A stretch of DNA of 64,000 bases from IMG/VR virus record IMGVR_UViG_3300030376_008664; one strand, 5' to 3'. Positions 27,994-36,972 of the stretch are shown piece by piece; position 1 is the first letter of the stretch; each line of letters begins with the position of its first letter. The position numbers were made by a program, and so were the translations under genes. Source of the stretch: an uncultured virus (IMG/VR IMGVR_UViG_3300030376_008664). Its lineage: Duplodnaviria > Heunggongvirae > Uroviricota > Caudoviricetes. Under the pieces are notes generated by a model that was given only the letters and a program-made list of their open reading frames with translations, ran no database searches and had not been told where the DNA came from.

Positions 27994-28690
27994 TTTTTTT
28001 AATAAGGTATTTGGTTGTCTCTTTTGGAGTCAATTTTATAGCATTATCTAGCGTAGAATTATAGTATATAGAAATAAATATTCCAGCAAAAATATCGCCA
28101 GCTCCATTAACATGAATATTTTCCTGTGGATCGGTGAAGCCTTCACCCACAACTTCACCTTGGATTATGCATTCGCAGCCGTATTTATCATGTAATATTA
28201 AAGGTGTTTTAAAATTAAGGTCTTTATATAAAGCTTTCCTTTCTCTAGAATCGAAAACTAATGATGATTTTTTAATTAAATGAAGATAATTTTGTCTTTC
28301 TTTAATTGTACAAAAATCTAAACTTATTTTTGTTTTTAAATTATCTAATATTTCGGGTTGAGACAAATCATCTACATATGCGATATGCAACCAATCTAAT
28401 AAATCTTCTTTGATTTCAGGTTTTGGATAATTATGTAAAGAGTGAATAATAGAGCTTCTTGTCGAGCTATCAGACTCGCTGATAATAAGCGCTTCCACTT
28501 CACTGTCTTGATAACAGTATGATACAACTAATGGAATATTCGCTTTTAAAATATTAAAAATGCCGCCAACAGTTTTATCTACTTTCAAAGCGGCATTGGT
28601 TTCACCCAAGTTCAAAGAGTTTAGATAAACTATTGTATCTAAATACTTCCTGCCAAATAAACCAAGATTAAAATCTTTCTGCTGCATCAA
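27983..28690 (-). CDS. PfkB/ribokinase-family carbohydrate kinase (short)
   Basis: GGIFN substrate loop and NGAGDIFAG signature. Confidence 0.7.
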   Translation of the reverse strand: MMQQKDFNLGLFGRKYLDTIVYLNSLNLGETNAALKVDKTVGGIFNILKANIPLVVSYCYQDSEVEALIISESDSSTRSSIIHSLHNYPKPEIKEDLLDWLHIAYVDDLSQPEILDNLKTKISLDFCTIKERQNYLHLIKKSSLVFDSRERKALYKDLNFKTPLILHDKYGCECIIQGEVVGEGFTDPQENIHVNGAGDIFAGIFISIYYNSTLDNAIKLTPKETTKYLIKKNEI

Positions 28691-29186
28691 GATCCATAAC
28701 AGATTGTAAGTCTGCTTTTTTAATTAGGTGATTAGATAATAAGTAATCGTGAAGCTCCATAATCAAATTATGGCCACCTTTACTAGATAATACATGAATA
28801 CAAGACTCTTTGACCTCTTCGCAAGAATCTATAGGACAGAAAGAATATTTTACGCTTTTTAATAAATCCACATCGAATAAATCATCACCAACGAAACAAA
28901 TATTATCTGCAACGCAATCGTAAATCATACAAAACTTCTCCAAAAAATCTTTTTTGTTTTTTCCTCTCGCGAAGTGAAAATCTATATTTCTATTGTTAGC
29001 TATAGCTTTATTGACATTTTCATCGCCACTAAGAAAACATACTTTAACCCCAGAAGCTTTTATTCTTTTGATCGCCGTAAAATCTTTATCACAGAATGAT
29101 TTCATTCGGCCAAGACCGTCTTCCGAATAGATCTTAGTTCCATCTGTCAAAACCCCATCGACATCTAATATTAATAATTTTAACAT
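28668..29186 (-). CDS. KdsC/YrbI-type HAD phosphatase
   Basis: LDVDGVLTDG, KSF..KD, LSG, K, VGDDLFD, GG. Confidence 0.85.
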   Translation of the reverse strand: MLKLLILDVDGVLTDGTKIYSEDGLGRMKSFCDKDFTAIKRIKASGVKVCFLSGDENVNKAIANNRNIDFHFARGKNKKDFLEKFCMIYDCVADNICFVGDDLFDVDLLKSVKYSFCPIDSCEEVKESCIHVLSSKGGHNLIMELHDYLLSNHLIKKADLQSVMDLDAAERF

Positions 29187-29905
29187 AAAAATTCCCCTCT
29201 AATGTTTTTGTCTATGTTGTATTCTTGATGCAATCTAGACAGCTCTAATTTATATTCAGAGTAATTCCATTTCCCTTTAACAATAGCGGTTGCTACATAT
29301 GGATATACTTTTGAGTCCCAGTGACATAACCCTCTTTGTGGTTCATTGTCATAGTAATACAAATTTTTATGATTTAGTAAGATAGACATAATGTGGGCCT
29401 TTGGCTCAAACTCATGTATATTTTCTACGTCACAATTTTGATAAAGTTTTTGAATAGACTCCCTGTTGCACAAGCTAGGTTGGACCGAAAAGTAACAATC
29501 ACCATTTTTAGGCAACTCATACAACTTATCAGAAAATTGTATCTCGGGTATACCTGTATTGCCCCCTTTGATTAGTTTTATATAATCAATATTATAAAGA
29601 GACATCATCTCTATTTTCTCGTCTATAAAATGTAAATCAGGTTTATCATATAGAGGCATATCCTCATGATGGAGTATGAAGTATTCTTCATTTATTAAAT
29701 TAAGACATGAAGCCATGCGTTTGTTATATGGTAAAGATTCATCATAAGTAATAACCTCCCAGTTTTCTGGTAAATCATTGCATTTATCCACAAACGCATA
29801 TCTTTTAATTTCTTTCGGTAGATATTTTTCTATCTGACCACAGAACATTTCCCATGCATCACTATAGCTGCTATGGGAATACATAATAATGCAATAATTT
29901 TTCAT
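29180..29905 (-). CDS. Putative GT-A glycosyltransferase
   Basis: S.SSYSDAW, YFILHHED, SVQP, FE, IVKGKW pattern; in glycan island. Confidence 0.5.
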   Translation of the reverse strand: MKNYCIIMYSHSSYSDAWEMFCGQIEKYLPKEIKRYAFVDKCNDLPENWEVITYDESLPYNKRMASCLNLINEEYFILHHEDMPLYDKPDLHFIDEKIEMMSLYNIDYIKLIKGGNTGIPEIQFSDKLYELPKNGDCYFSVQPSLCNRESIQKLYQNCDVENIHEFEPKAHIMSILLNHKNLYYYDNEPQRGLCHWDSKVYPYVATAIVKGKWNYSEYKLELSRLHQEYNIDKNIRGEFLC

Positions 29906-30729
29906 AAGTCTTTTGTTATGTCTACTAAAGATAAAGGTATTTTATTTTTGTAGGTATGCCATTTATAAAGCTTGTGATTGTCTATACATTGCCAACGATC
30001 CCACCTGTATAAATTTTTACATTTATCTTTATACTTTTTGAATCCTTCGTTACTAAACTGCTCGGTTAGATTGCTATCTACCCAACCATTTAGACAAGAG
30101 TCAACATATTCACTGTCCTTATCATAGTAGGTTGCGACATCTTCATAAAGATCTGCAATTTTAGTCATTACAGAACTGTTTCCATAAAACCAATGATCTG
30201 GTAATCCATGATTGAATTGATCCCAAAACGCGCAATGAAGGCTATCCATACTTGAATCTTTCTTTAAATTAAAATTAGTAGCGTAATATTTTTGTGAACA
30301 CTCTTTACCTCTATTGCCTAAATCAAATCTACTTAAGATTGTGCAATCATATTTAAAGTTATATTGCTTTTCATAAGAGTTTTTTAAGTATATAGATTTT
30401 TTTCGAGAGTATAAAAAACTAAGAGTTCTTTCTATTGTGTTCGTAGGCCAAGGACATCTTGCTCTGTCTATACCCTCATCGAACCAAGACTGGTTTTTGC
30501 AAACATCAAAATTTTTAAAGTCTTTTTGTGTTTCAAACTCACCCCTTATAGTTTTTTTTTCATAGTGCAAATCATATAATTGTTTTTGCTCTGGTTCCCA
30601 ACAATGAACAAAAACATCTACATCGTTCCCCTCTAATATTTTTTGGTGAATATAATGATAACCAGCTACAAAAGAATCAAGCCCTTTAGCGTTTGACATA
30701 TAGCCATGTAAACATAGAGCTATCTTCAT
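29902..30729 (-). CDS. Putative glycosyltransferase / glycan-locus protein
   Basis: MKIALCLHG, DVFVHCW, YD...SRFD, DHWFYG; in glycan island. Confidence 0.5.
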   Translation of the reverse strand: MKIALCLHGYMSNAKGLDSFVAGYHYIHQKILEGNDVDVFVHCWEPEQKQLYDLHYEKKTIRGEFETQKDFKNFDVCKNQSWFDEGIDRARCPWPTNTIERTLSFLYSRKKSIYLKNSYEKQYNFKYDCTILSRFDLGNRGKECSQKYYATNFNLKKDSSMDSLHCAFWDQFNHGLPDHWFYGNSSVMTKIADLYEDVATYYDKDSEYVDSCLNGWVDSNLTEQFSNEGFKKYKDKCKNLYRWDRWQCIDNHKLYKWHTYKNKIPLSLVDITKDL

Positions 30730-31325
30730 GAATTAAAAATATCGAATGTTGTTAAATCTCTATAGTCAGGATCTTCAATTTGATCATCTGCGTGTTTTGG
30801 ATACACGCTTAACATCATCATGCCCCACGCTGCCAACTCTGGAGTAATATATGAATTGTATCCAAGTGTAGATGGTTGGTCTTTATTGTAAGAAATATCT
30901 TCACTTCTTCCAGACCATCTTAACTTTTTAAGCTTCTCGTAAGCGTCTATGGAGTCGGTTAATATCATGCCGCCTTTTCCTAGTTTTAAGGGCTTTTGAA
31001 TACCAAAAGATAAACACATCAGCGTCCCTTTTTTATACATGTTTGAGGTCAGTCTTTTCGCAGCATCATAAATTGGGTAAGGCTTCAATTGGTATATCCC
31101 TTTCCAATCGATATCCTCAAACTTCACTTTGCCTCCAGATTGGATTATAGATTGAGCGACTGACAAGTAAGTTCTTTTCGGTATAGTAACCTCATCTACC
31201 CCATAATAATCACAACATATTTTAATCGCATTTGTGCAATTGTCACAAGCTACCGCATAGGGAGAACCTGTGTATTCAGCTATGTTTTCTTCAAACATTT
31301 GTACTACTTTATGAGGATTATGCAT
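30726..31325 (-). CDS. DegT/DnrJ-family PLP sugar aminotransferase (short)
   Basis: FEE.IA.Y.GS.YAVA..NCT.A, DAA, SFGIQKPL..GKGG (PLP Lys), GYN. Confidence 0.8.
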   Translation of the reverse strand: MHNPHKVVQMFEENIAEYTGSPYAVACDNCTNAIKICCDYYGVDEVTIPKRTYLSVAQSIIQSGGKVKFEDIDWKGIYQLKPYPIYDAAKRLTSNMYKKGTLMCLSFGIQKPLKLGKGGMILTDSIDAYEKLKKLRWSGRSEDISYNKDQPSTLGYNSYITPELAAWGMMMLSVYPKHADDQIEDPDYRDLTTFDIFNS

Positions 31326-31695
31326 AATTTAAAATGTAATATTTTTTTACAAAACCGCAAGATTTAAATAGGGAGAGACTAGCTTTGTTTTCTACATCAA
31401 TTTTAGCCTCGCATTTTGGGAAATCGCTGACAATTTTTTGCAATAGTTTTTTCCCTATTCCTTTTTTTTGATATGCAGGATCAACAGCCACTCTGACATC
31501 ATTCTCTACAACGCCAGCAAAACCTATTACCTCTCCAGTTATAATCGCTACGATATAATTCTCGTAGTTTTTCTCCATAAAATTTAAGTGGTCCTCATAT
31601 TTAATTATAGAAGAACCAATAAAGGAATGTCTAACCGAGTTTCTAATCTCTAAAACTCTCCTCCAATAACTTTTATCGCATTTCACTAATTCCAT
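31318..31695 (-). CDS. GNAT N-acetyltransferase (PseH-like)
   Basis: VLEIRN..R, YQKKGIGK, N.ASLSLF..CGF; likely start MELVK at 31695. Confidence 0.75.
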   Translation of the reverse strand: MELVKCDKSYWRRVLEIRNSVRHSFIGSSIIKYEDHLNFMEKNYENYIVAIITGEVIGFAGVVENDVRVAVDPAYQKKGIGKKLLQKIVSDFPKCEAKIDVENKASLSLFKSCGFVKKYYILNYA

Positions 31696-32504
31696 AAATC
31701 TACGTCTTGAGGAGCGGGGTTCGAAGGATCGGACCAATAAACGTTTAAATAAGTTCTCATGGCTTTCCAGCCTTCTAATTGTAAGTATGGACCTAAAGCA
31801 GAACCAATGTCCATATATTGGTTTTTGTCAAAATCTTTATAAAGTTCATAGCACAGCAAATTGCTTAAGGAAGCTGCCGCAAATAAAAATAAATGATTTT
31901 CAATGTTGTTTTCTTTTATCCAATGTTTACAAGCATCTATTAAATAGTAATCATCCTTCATGCAGTTAGGTCCAATCGGGAAGTGTTTTTTGACTTTAAA
32001 TGGTAGTTTGTCAAATTTTGAATTTTTGTTACTAACAAGAACTATTTCTTTCTTATTTAAAGTAGGAACAATTTCAGAAACAAAATGTTTATAATTGTCG
32101 TTTATAAGAACATTGCTGAAAGTTAAATGCTCATCATCTCCCTCCCCATACATTTCTTTGCAGAACTCCCAAGAAGCACTTCCATCTTGTCCGTTATAGG
32201 CTGGGATTCCTTTAAAATAATTTCTCTTTCTATATTTTAAAGACTCTACAAGTTTTGTATTAAGGTAAGGAGTTTCGTCGGGCATGAATCTTTTTTGCTC
32301 TTCGTCTTGTTTGAAAGCGTAAGAAGGTAGTTTAATCACTTGACCTTCGTAAATATCTCCTTGAACTAATATCCCATCGCCTAAAACTAGTGGTTTATTT
32401 CTAAGAACAGTTACTTCTCCATCAGAAAAACGACAAAACCCAAAAGGTTCGTCAGATTTTACCAACTCTGCTATTTTGTCGAATTCACCCTTAAATGTTT
32501 TCAT
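31686..32504 (-). CDS. GT-D fold (DUF1792-like) glycosyltransferase, putative
   Basis: FCRFSDGE near N-terminus and MDIGSALG near C-terminus match GT-D R(F/Y)GDGE / DIG motifs. Confidence 0.6.
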   Translation of the reverse strand: MKTFKGEFDKIAELVKSDEPFGFCRFSDGEVTVLRNKPLVLGDGILVQGDIYEGQVIKLPSYAFKQDEEQKRFMPDETPYLNTKLVESLKYRKRNYFKGIPAYNGQDGSASWEFCKEMYGEGDDEHLTFSNVLINDNYKHFVSEIVPTLNKKEIVLVSNKNSKFDKLPFKVKKHFPIGPNCMKDDYYLIDACKHWIKENNIENHLFLFAAASLSNLLCYELYKDFDKNQYMDIGSALGPYLQLEGWKAMRTYLNVYWSDPSNPAPQDVDLWN

Positions 32505-33553
32505 TTATAATTATCTTTAGCCCAATCATAAACACGACTTAAAGACTCTTCTAAATCAATATCAAGAGCGTATCCTAATTCTTTTTGGATTTTCTTTACA
32601 GACGGGCATCTTCTTTTGGGTTCATTTTTATATACAATGGGAGGTTCTATTAACTCTACCATGTTTTTCTTTCCAGATACCTTTTCCACTAATTTAGCTA
32701 AGTCTATCATGGATATTTCGTTATTAGGATTTCCTATGTGATACAAAATATCTTTTCCTTGCGTTAAAACTTGTATACAACCCGCTAAAAAATCCCCATA
32801 CCAACAAAAAGTTCTGCTTTGAGTTCCTGGGGCGTAAATTCTCATTTTTTCTCCTTTTAAACAGTTCGAAATAAAGTTTGGTATTACTCTTTTGTCATCT
32901 TGTCTAAAATATCCGATAATGTTAAAAGGTCTAACTATTTTGCAGTCTACATTAAACTGATCTTTGAAAACGTAAGATATTGTTTCGATATACATTTTTG
33001 TGACATCATAACAAGACCTCTTGTCTAATGTTTTGGCTGTAGGAGTATATGATTCATCCGTAGGGATAGATTCTTCAGGAGGTGTTCCCAAAACTTCTGA
33101 AGAAGAAAAATTTAATATCTTAGCGTTATTAGATAATGCTGCCTGAAGTAAATTTTTAGTTCCTTCTGTCGAAACATCCATAGTTTCAAGTGGATATCTT
33201 TCATAGTAGTAAGGGCTAGCACAACCACTACAATTGATAATGAAATCTATTTTTTCCTTATAAAGCTTTAGACTTAAATAACTGCTTGTTAAATCATGAT
33301 GCAAATTAACAAGGGTGTCATCTTCCAATAGATCTTTTTTTTCTCTCCCTAAAAAATTATCAAGAGATATAACACGACATTTATTTTTGAATTTAAAATG
33401 ATTTAAAAATAAAAGATATTTTACAAATAAAGCGCCTAAAAAACCTGCTCCCCCACAAACCAAGATTGTTTTCCCTTCAAAGGAGTAGCAATTGCTTTCT
33501 GTTTTTTTGTATATTTCTTCAAAGTCTCTTTTGTAGTGTTCTTTAATTTTCAT
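32501..33553 (-). CDS. NAD-dependent epimerase/dehydratase, UDP-glucuronate decarboxylase-like
   Basis: GGAGFLG, DNF, CASPYYY, SSSEV.G, RSCYD.TK, VIPNF, QSRTFC. Confidence 0.82.
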   Translation of the reverse strand: MKIKEHYKRDFEEIYKKTESNCYSFEGKTILVCGGAGFLGALFVKYLLFLNHFKFKNKCRVISLDNFLGREKKDLLEDDTLVNLHHDLTSSYLSLKLYKEKIDFIINCSGCASPYYYERYPLETMDVSTEGTKNLLQAALSNNAKILNFSSSEVLGTPPEESIPTDESYTPTAKTLDKRSCYDVTKMYIETISYVFKDQFNVDCKIVRPFNIIGYFRQDDKRVIPNFISNCLKGEKMRIYAPGTQSRTFCWYGDFLAGCIQVLTQGKDILYHIGNPNNEISMIDLAKLVEKVSGKKNMVELIEPPIVYKNEPKRRCPSVKKIQKELGYALDIDLEESLSRVYDWAKDNYK

Positions 33554-34526
33554 TTAATATGGAGGCTATTTTTTCTGAAGATCTACCATTACCATATGGG
33601 CAATCTTCGTCTATTTCGTAATTATAAATTAATTTTTCAAAAATTCCATGCAAATCATCTGGGGACTCACAAATGGAAAGTTGACCAGATTCTTTACCTT
33701 CAGGTCTTTCTGTTGTTTTTCTACAAACAATAATTTTCTTTTTTAAGAAACTACTCTCTTCTTGTAATCCTCCGCTATCGCTAATAACCAATTTACATTT
33801 AGCTAAAATGTCTAAAAGCATAGAGTGCTCTAATGGCTCTACAACATTTACGTGACTAAGTAAATTTCTATGTTTTGTGACTTCGGGGTTTGGGTGGATT
33901 GGCAATATAAATTCCAGATCAGAATATTTTTCTGCTAAATTATTTATTTTACTGAACCAGTTATGGATTAGTGAGTGATTTTCTCTTCTATGCAAAGTTA
34001 CTAAAATCTTATTGGTATACTCACATTTGTCTTTGTAGCTCAAAAGATTATCTAAAACTGTATTGCCTACCACATGAGAATCACCGCTCGCTAATTCATT
34101 AAGTAAATTACCTTTAGATAAAGAAGTTGGGCATAAGTTTACATCAGAAATTCTTGAAATCATTTGTCTATAAGACTCTTCTGGATAAGGATGTTTCAAA
34201 TTGTAAGTTCTTAATCCAGCTTCTAAGTGGCAAATTTTTTTACCCCTGTGAAAAGCTGCTAATGCACAAGCAAAAGCTGAAACCGTATCTCCCTGAACTA
34301 AAACAGTATCAAAATCTCCATCTGGGAATTGCAAAAGACAGTCACTGACAACTTGGTCTAGCCTATTTTTATTTTGATTTATTTTAATTTGATAGTCTGT
34401 AGATATATCTTTTAATAAATCAGTATGTTGGCCAGTAAACAAAAGTTCATAGTTTTGTAAAACCTTTGTTAAGGGTTTTATTTTTAACCATTCAGGTCGG
34501 GTTCCGAAACATAGAAGAATTCTCAT
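33543..34526 (-). CDS. wecB: UDP-N-acetylglucosamine 2-epimerase (non-hydrolysing)
   Basis: GTRPE, TGQH, QGDT, HLEAGLR, PEE, TLHRREN, HPNP, DSGGLQEE, TERPE. Confidence 0.93.
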   Translation of the reverse strand: MRILLCFGTRPEWLKIKPLTKVLQNYELLFTGQHTDLLKDISTDYQIKINQNKNRLDQVVSDCLLQFPDGDFDTVLVQGDTVSAFACALAAFHRGKKICHLEAGLRTYNLKHPYPEESYRQMISRISDVNLCPTSLSKGNLLNELASGDSHVVGNTVLDNLLSYKDKCEYTNKILVTLHRRENHSLIHNWFSKINNLAEKYSDLEFILPIHPNPEVTKHRNLLSHVNVVEPLEHSMLLDILAKCKLVISDSGGLQEESSFLKKKIIVCRKTTERPEGKESGQLSICESPDDLHGIFEKLIYNYEIDEDCPYGNGRSSEKIASILNEN

Positions 34527-35263
34527 TTTACATTTAAAAGTTTAAATCCTTTTTCATAGTAATGTTTTAAAGATAAGCCAAAATCAATTCCGTTAGAATT
34601 AACTGAAATAGCGTTATTATCAACTCCATAACGCATAGCTAGTTCAAGCTTACTCCCCCACATTTCTAAATCATCCTTCGGATGAGGTGGAACGTAAGTA
34701 TTTAAATCTAAGTATTTTTGAATAGCATAAGAAAAATGAATATCTTCTCCGCAAATATGATTTAAAGGTGGACCTGTTTCCCTCCAAAAAGCGCTTAACA
34801 AATCCCTATGGAAAAACCAAGCATGTCCTCCTGTATCTACTCTTTTTGTTTTCTCATTAGGATTATGTAAACCATCATTAGTGTAAGATTTATAATCTAA
34901 ATCGTTAAAAGTTATTCCATTTGTTAAGTAAAGACCATTTTGCTCATTCTCAATACAATTTATACAATTTTCTGTCCACTTATTTCCTGGGATTGTGTCA
35001 TCATCTAGTAAACAGATATAGTCAGATTTAGCATTTAAGGCGAAAGCAAATCTAGCCCAAACCCCATAATTATAATTGTTTTGGGAGATTTTGGCAGATC
35101 CCGTATCGTCTTGTAAGTGAAAAGCGTTTTTGGGATCTGTGGGTTGGTTTTGCCAAACCATTAACTCGTCACATTTGACTGTTTGTTTAGAGATTGCTTC
35201 TACTTGATCCTGAAGAGTATGAGGACGTTGCCAAGTGTTAAGAATATAAGTTACTTTTTCCAT
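34523..35263 (-). CDS. GT-A/GT2 glycosyltransferase
   Basis: YICLLDDDTIPG, GEDIHFS. Confidence 0.72.
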   Translation of the reverse strand: MEKVTYILNTWQRPHTLQDQVEAISKQTVKCDELMVWQNQPTDPKNAFHLQDDTGSAKISQNNYNYGVWARFAFALNAKSDYICLLDDDTIPGNKWTENCINCIENEQNGLYLTNGITFNDLDYKSYTNDGLHNPNEKTKRVDTGGHAWFFHRDLLSAFWRETGPPLNHICGEDIHFSYAIQKYLDLNTYVPPHPKDDLEMWGSKLELAMRYGVDNNAISVNSNGIDFGLSLKHYYEKGFKLLNVK

Positions 35264-36108
35264 TATTTAAATAAATCAAAATTAAGAGAATTAATATCGA
35301 AATCCCTCCATATGTTTTTATAATTGTCTTCTGAAAGATCTAAGTCTTTTAGTTCAGACCAATCATCTACTATTAAAATAGGTATCCCCATCTCTTTAAA
35401 CTTTTCTACCCCATGCCATCTAGTCACTATAGGAATACTTTTCATGTAAATAGCTTCCCAAGTTTTATGACAATCTAAACCATTACCCACAGGAGAAACC
35501 GTAAAATAAGATTTTGCTATATCTCTTAAGTAATCTTTTTGAGTAGACTCAACAAAATCGTCATGATCTTTTATCGAAGCCGCATTGGGGTAATTTTTTT
35601 TATTTTGAGGAGGGTATTGATCTGATATTTTATTTAAACAATCATGTCTGGCTGGAGGATTGGTAGAGACATTAAAATTAACATAGACTTTATTATGCTT
35701 ATCTTGATTCTCCTCCATAATCTCAAGAAACCTTGGTTGATTACCATGCGACCATTTAGGGTTAGCTATTCCTATAGGGATAGGCTTTAATCGAGGGTGA
35801 TCAATCGTTAAGTTTTGAGTATACCACTTGTTAATATTTGGGAATAAATCTAATACATAATCTATCTCTTGAGCACCAAAATTAATGTCAGAATTATGGG
35901 TAACTAGATCAAATATATCAGGGAGTTTTACAGAACCGATTTTTACATAAGTATTTAATAAACTTAGATATTCAGGTTTGCAAAATACAAGATTGTTGTC
36001 TAAAGATTGATTTTGAAAATTAACAAAAACAGAATCTCTGGCATTTTTATAATCCGTTAACTGTAAGCCACATTGATGCTTAAAATAAGTTCCACAAAGA
36101 AAATTCAT
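35263..36108 (-). CDS. Exostosin/GT47-like glycosyltransferase (putative)
   Basis: THNSD, PIPIG, SPVGNGLDCHKTWEAIY..SIPIV; likely start MNFLC at 36108. Confidence 0.6.
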   Translation of the reverse strand: MNFLCGTYFKHQCGLQLTDYKNARDSVFVNFQNQSLDNNLVFCKPEYLSLLNTYVKIGSVKLPDIFDLVTHNSDINFGAQEIDYVLDLFPNINKWYTQNLTIDHPRLKPIPIGIANPKWSHGNQPRFLEIMEENQDKHNKVYVNFNVSTNPPARHDCLNKISDQYPPQNKKNYPNAASIKDHDDFVESTQKDYLRDIAKSYFTVSPVGNGLDCHKTWEAIYMKSIPIVTRWHGVEKFKEMGIPILIVDDWSELKDLDLSEDNYKNIWRDFDINSLNFDLFK

Positions 36109-36953
36109 TTTAAAACCCTTTCCCAAAATATAGATGGAGCGTTTTCACAGCCATCTTTGAAATTTTTATAACCGACATCATTAAATTCAAGATAGGCTCC
36201 TATTTTTGATTTGTCACCTATAATTTCCTCCACACCACATAAAATTGCCTCGCCCACCATTCTACAAAATGGTTCATTTACTATAGGTTGATGAAAAATA
36301 GCTTTTGCCGACTGGAATATCGAAGGAATTTCTTCATATTTTAGCTGACCATTAAAATTAATATTATCGTAACCTTTAAAGGTTTCTTGAGGAGAAAGTT
36401 CTCCCCACCCAAAAATATCAATTTGTCTATCTGTGTTTTGCTTCGCAAACTTAAGTAAGTTGTTTAAACCTTTAAGGGAATGTAAATAACCGCAATAGAC
36501 TACATCATATGTCTTTTCATGATCCGATTTTTTAAACTTCGAAGTGTCGATAGGATCATAGACAATTTCTACATTGTGAAAATAATCCCCATACAAATGT
36601 TTAAAATAATTGTAATGGTAATTACTTAAGAAAAAATTCTTTTTAGCTTTAGAAAACAAAAGCTTTCTTGTTTCATCATCTAAATAACTACAAGAGTCAT
36701 GCTCCAACCTAACAGAATTAGGTGATTTAATAATCAATGGTATTTTGGGAGGAGATATTTTACTAATAGCCTCCAGATTAGAATTAATCACCAAATCATA
36801 AGACGATAGGAAATCAGTAACTGATGAGTTGTGATGATGTTCTTTTATATCAAGACCCAACTCTCTGCCTTTATCAATAAGCAATTTATTGCTTACTTGA
36901 GCGCCACCTTGTCTTTGTTCTAGTGTGAAGTCAGATATAAATAATACTCTCAT
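36105..36953 (-). CDS. GT4-like glycosyltransferase
   Basis: GGAQ, HD, YCG.L...KG, EPFCRMVGEAILCG. Confidence 0.75.
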   Translation of the reverse strand: MRVLFISDFTLEQRQGGAQVSNKLLIDKGRELGLDIKEHHHNSSVTDFLSSYDLVINSNLEAISKISPPKIPLIIKSPNSVRLEHDSCSYLDDETRKLLFSKAKKNFFLSNYHYNYFKHLYGDYFHNVEIVYDPIDTSKFKKSDHEKTYDVVYCGYLHSLKGLNNLLKFAKQNTDRQIDIFGWGELSPQETFKGYDNINFNGQLKYEEIPSIFQSAKAIFHQPIVNEPFCRMVGEAILCGVEEIIGDKSKIGAYLEFNDVGYKNFKDGCENAPSIFWERVLK

Positions 36954-36972
36954 GCAAATGCATGATTATATC

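Noticed and set aside
28668..29186. Complete Kdo or sialic acid pathway
   Set aside because: No KdsA/NeuB synthase or KdsB/NeuA CMP-transferase in the window, and the 2-epimerase has non-hydrolysing WecB motifs.
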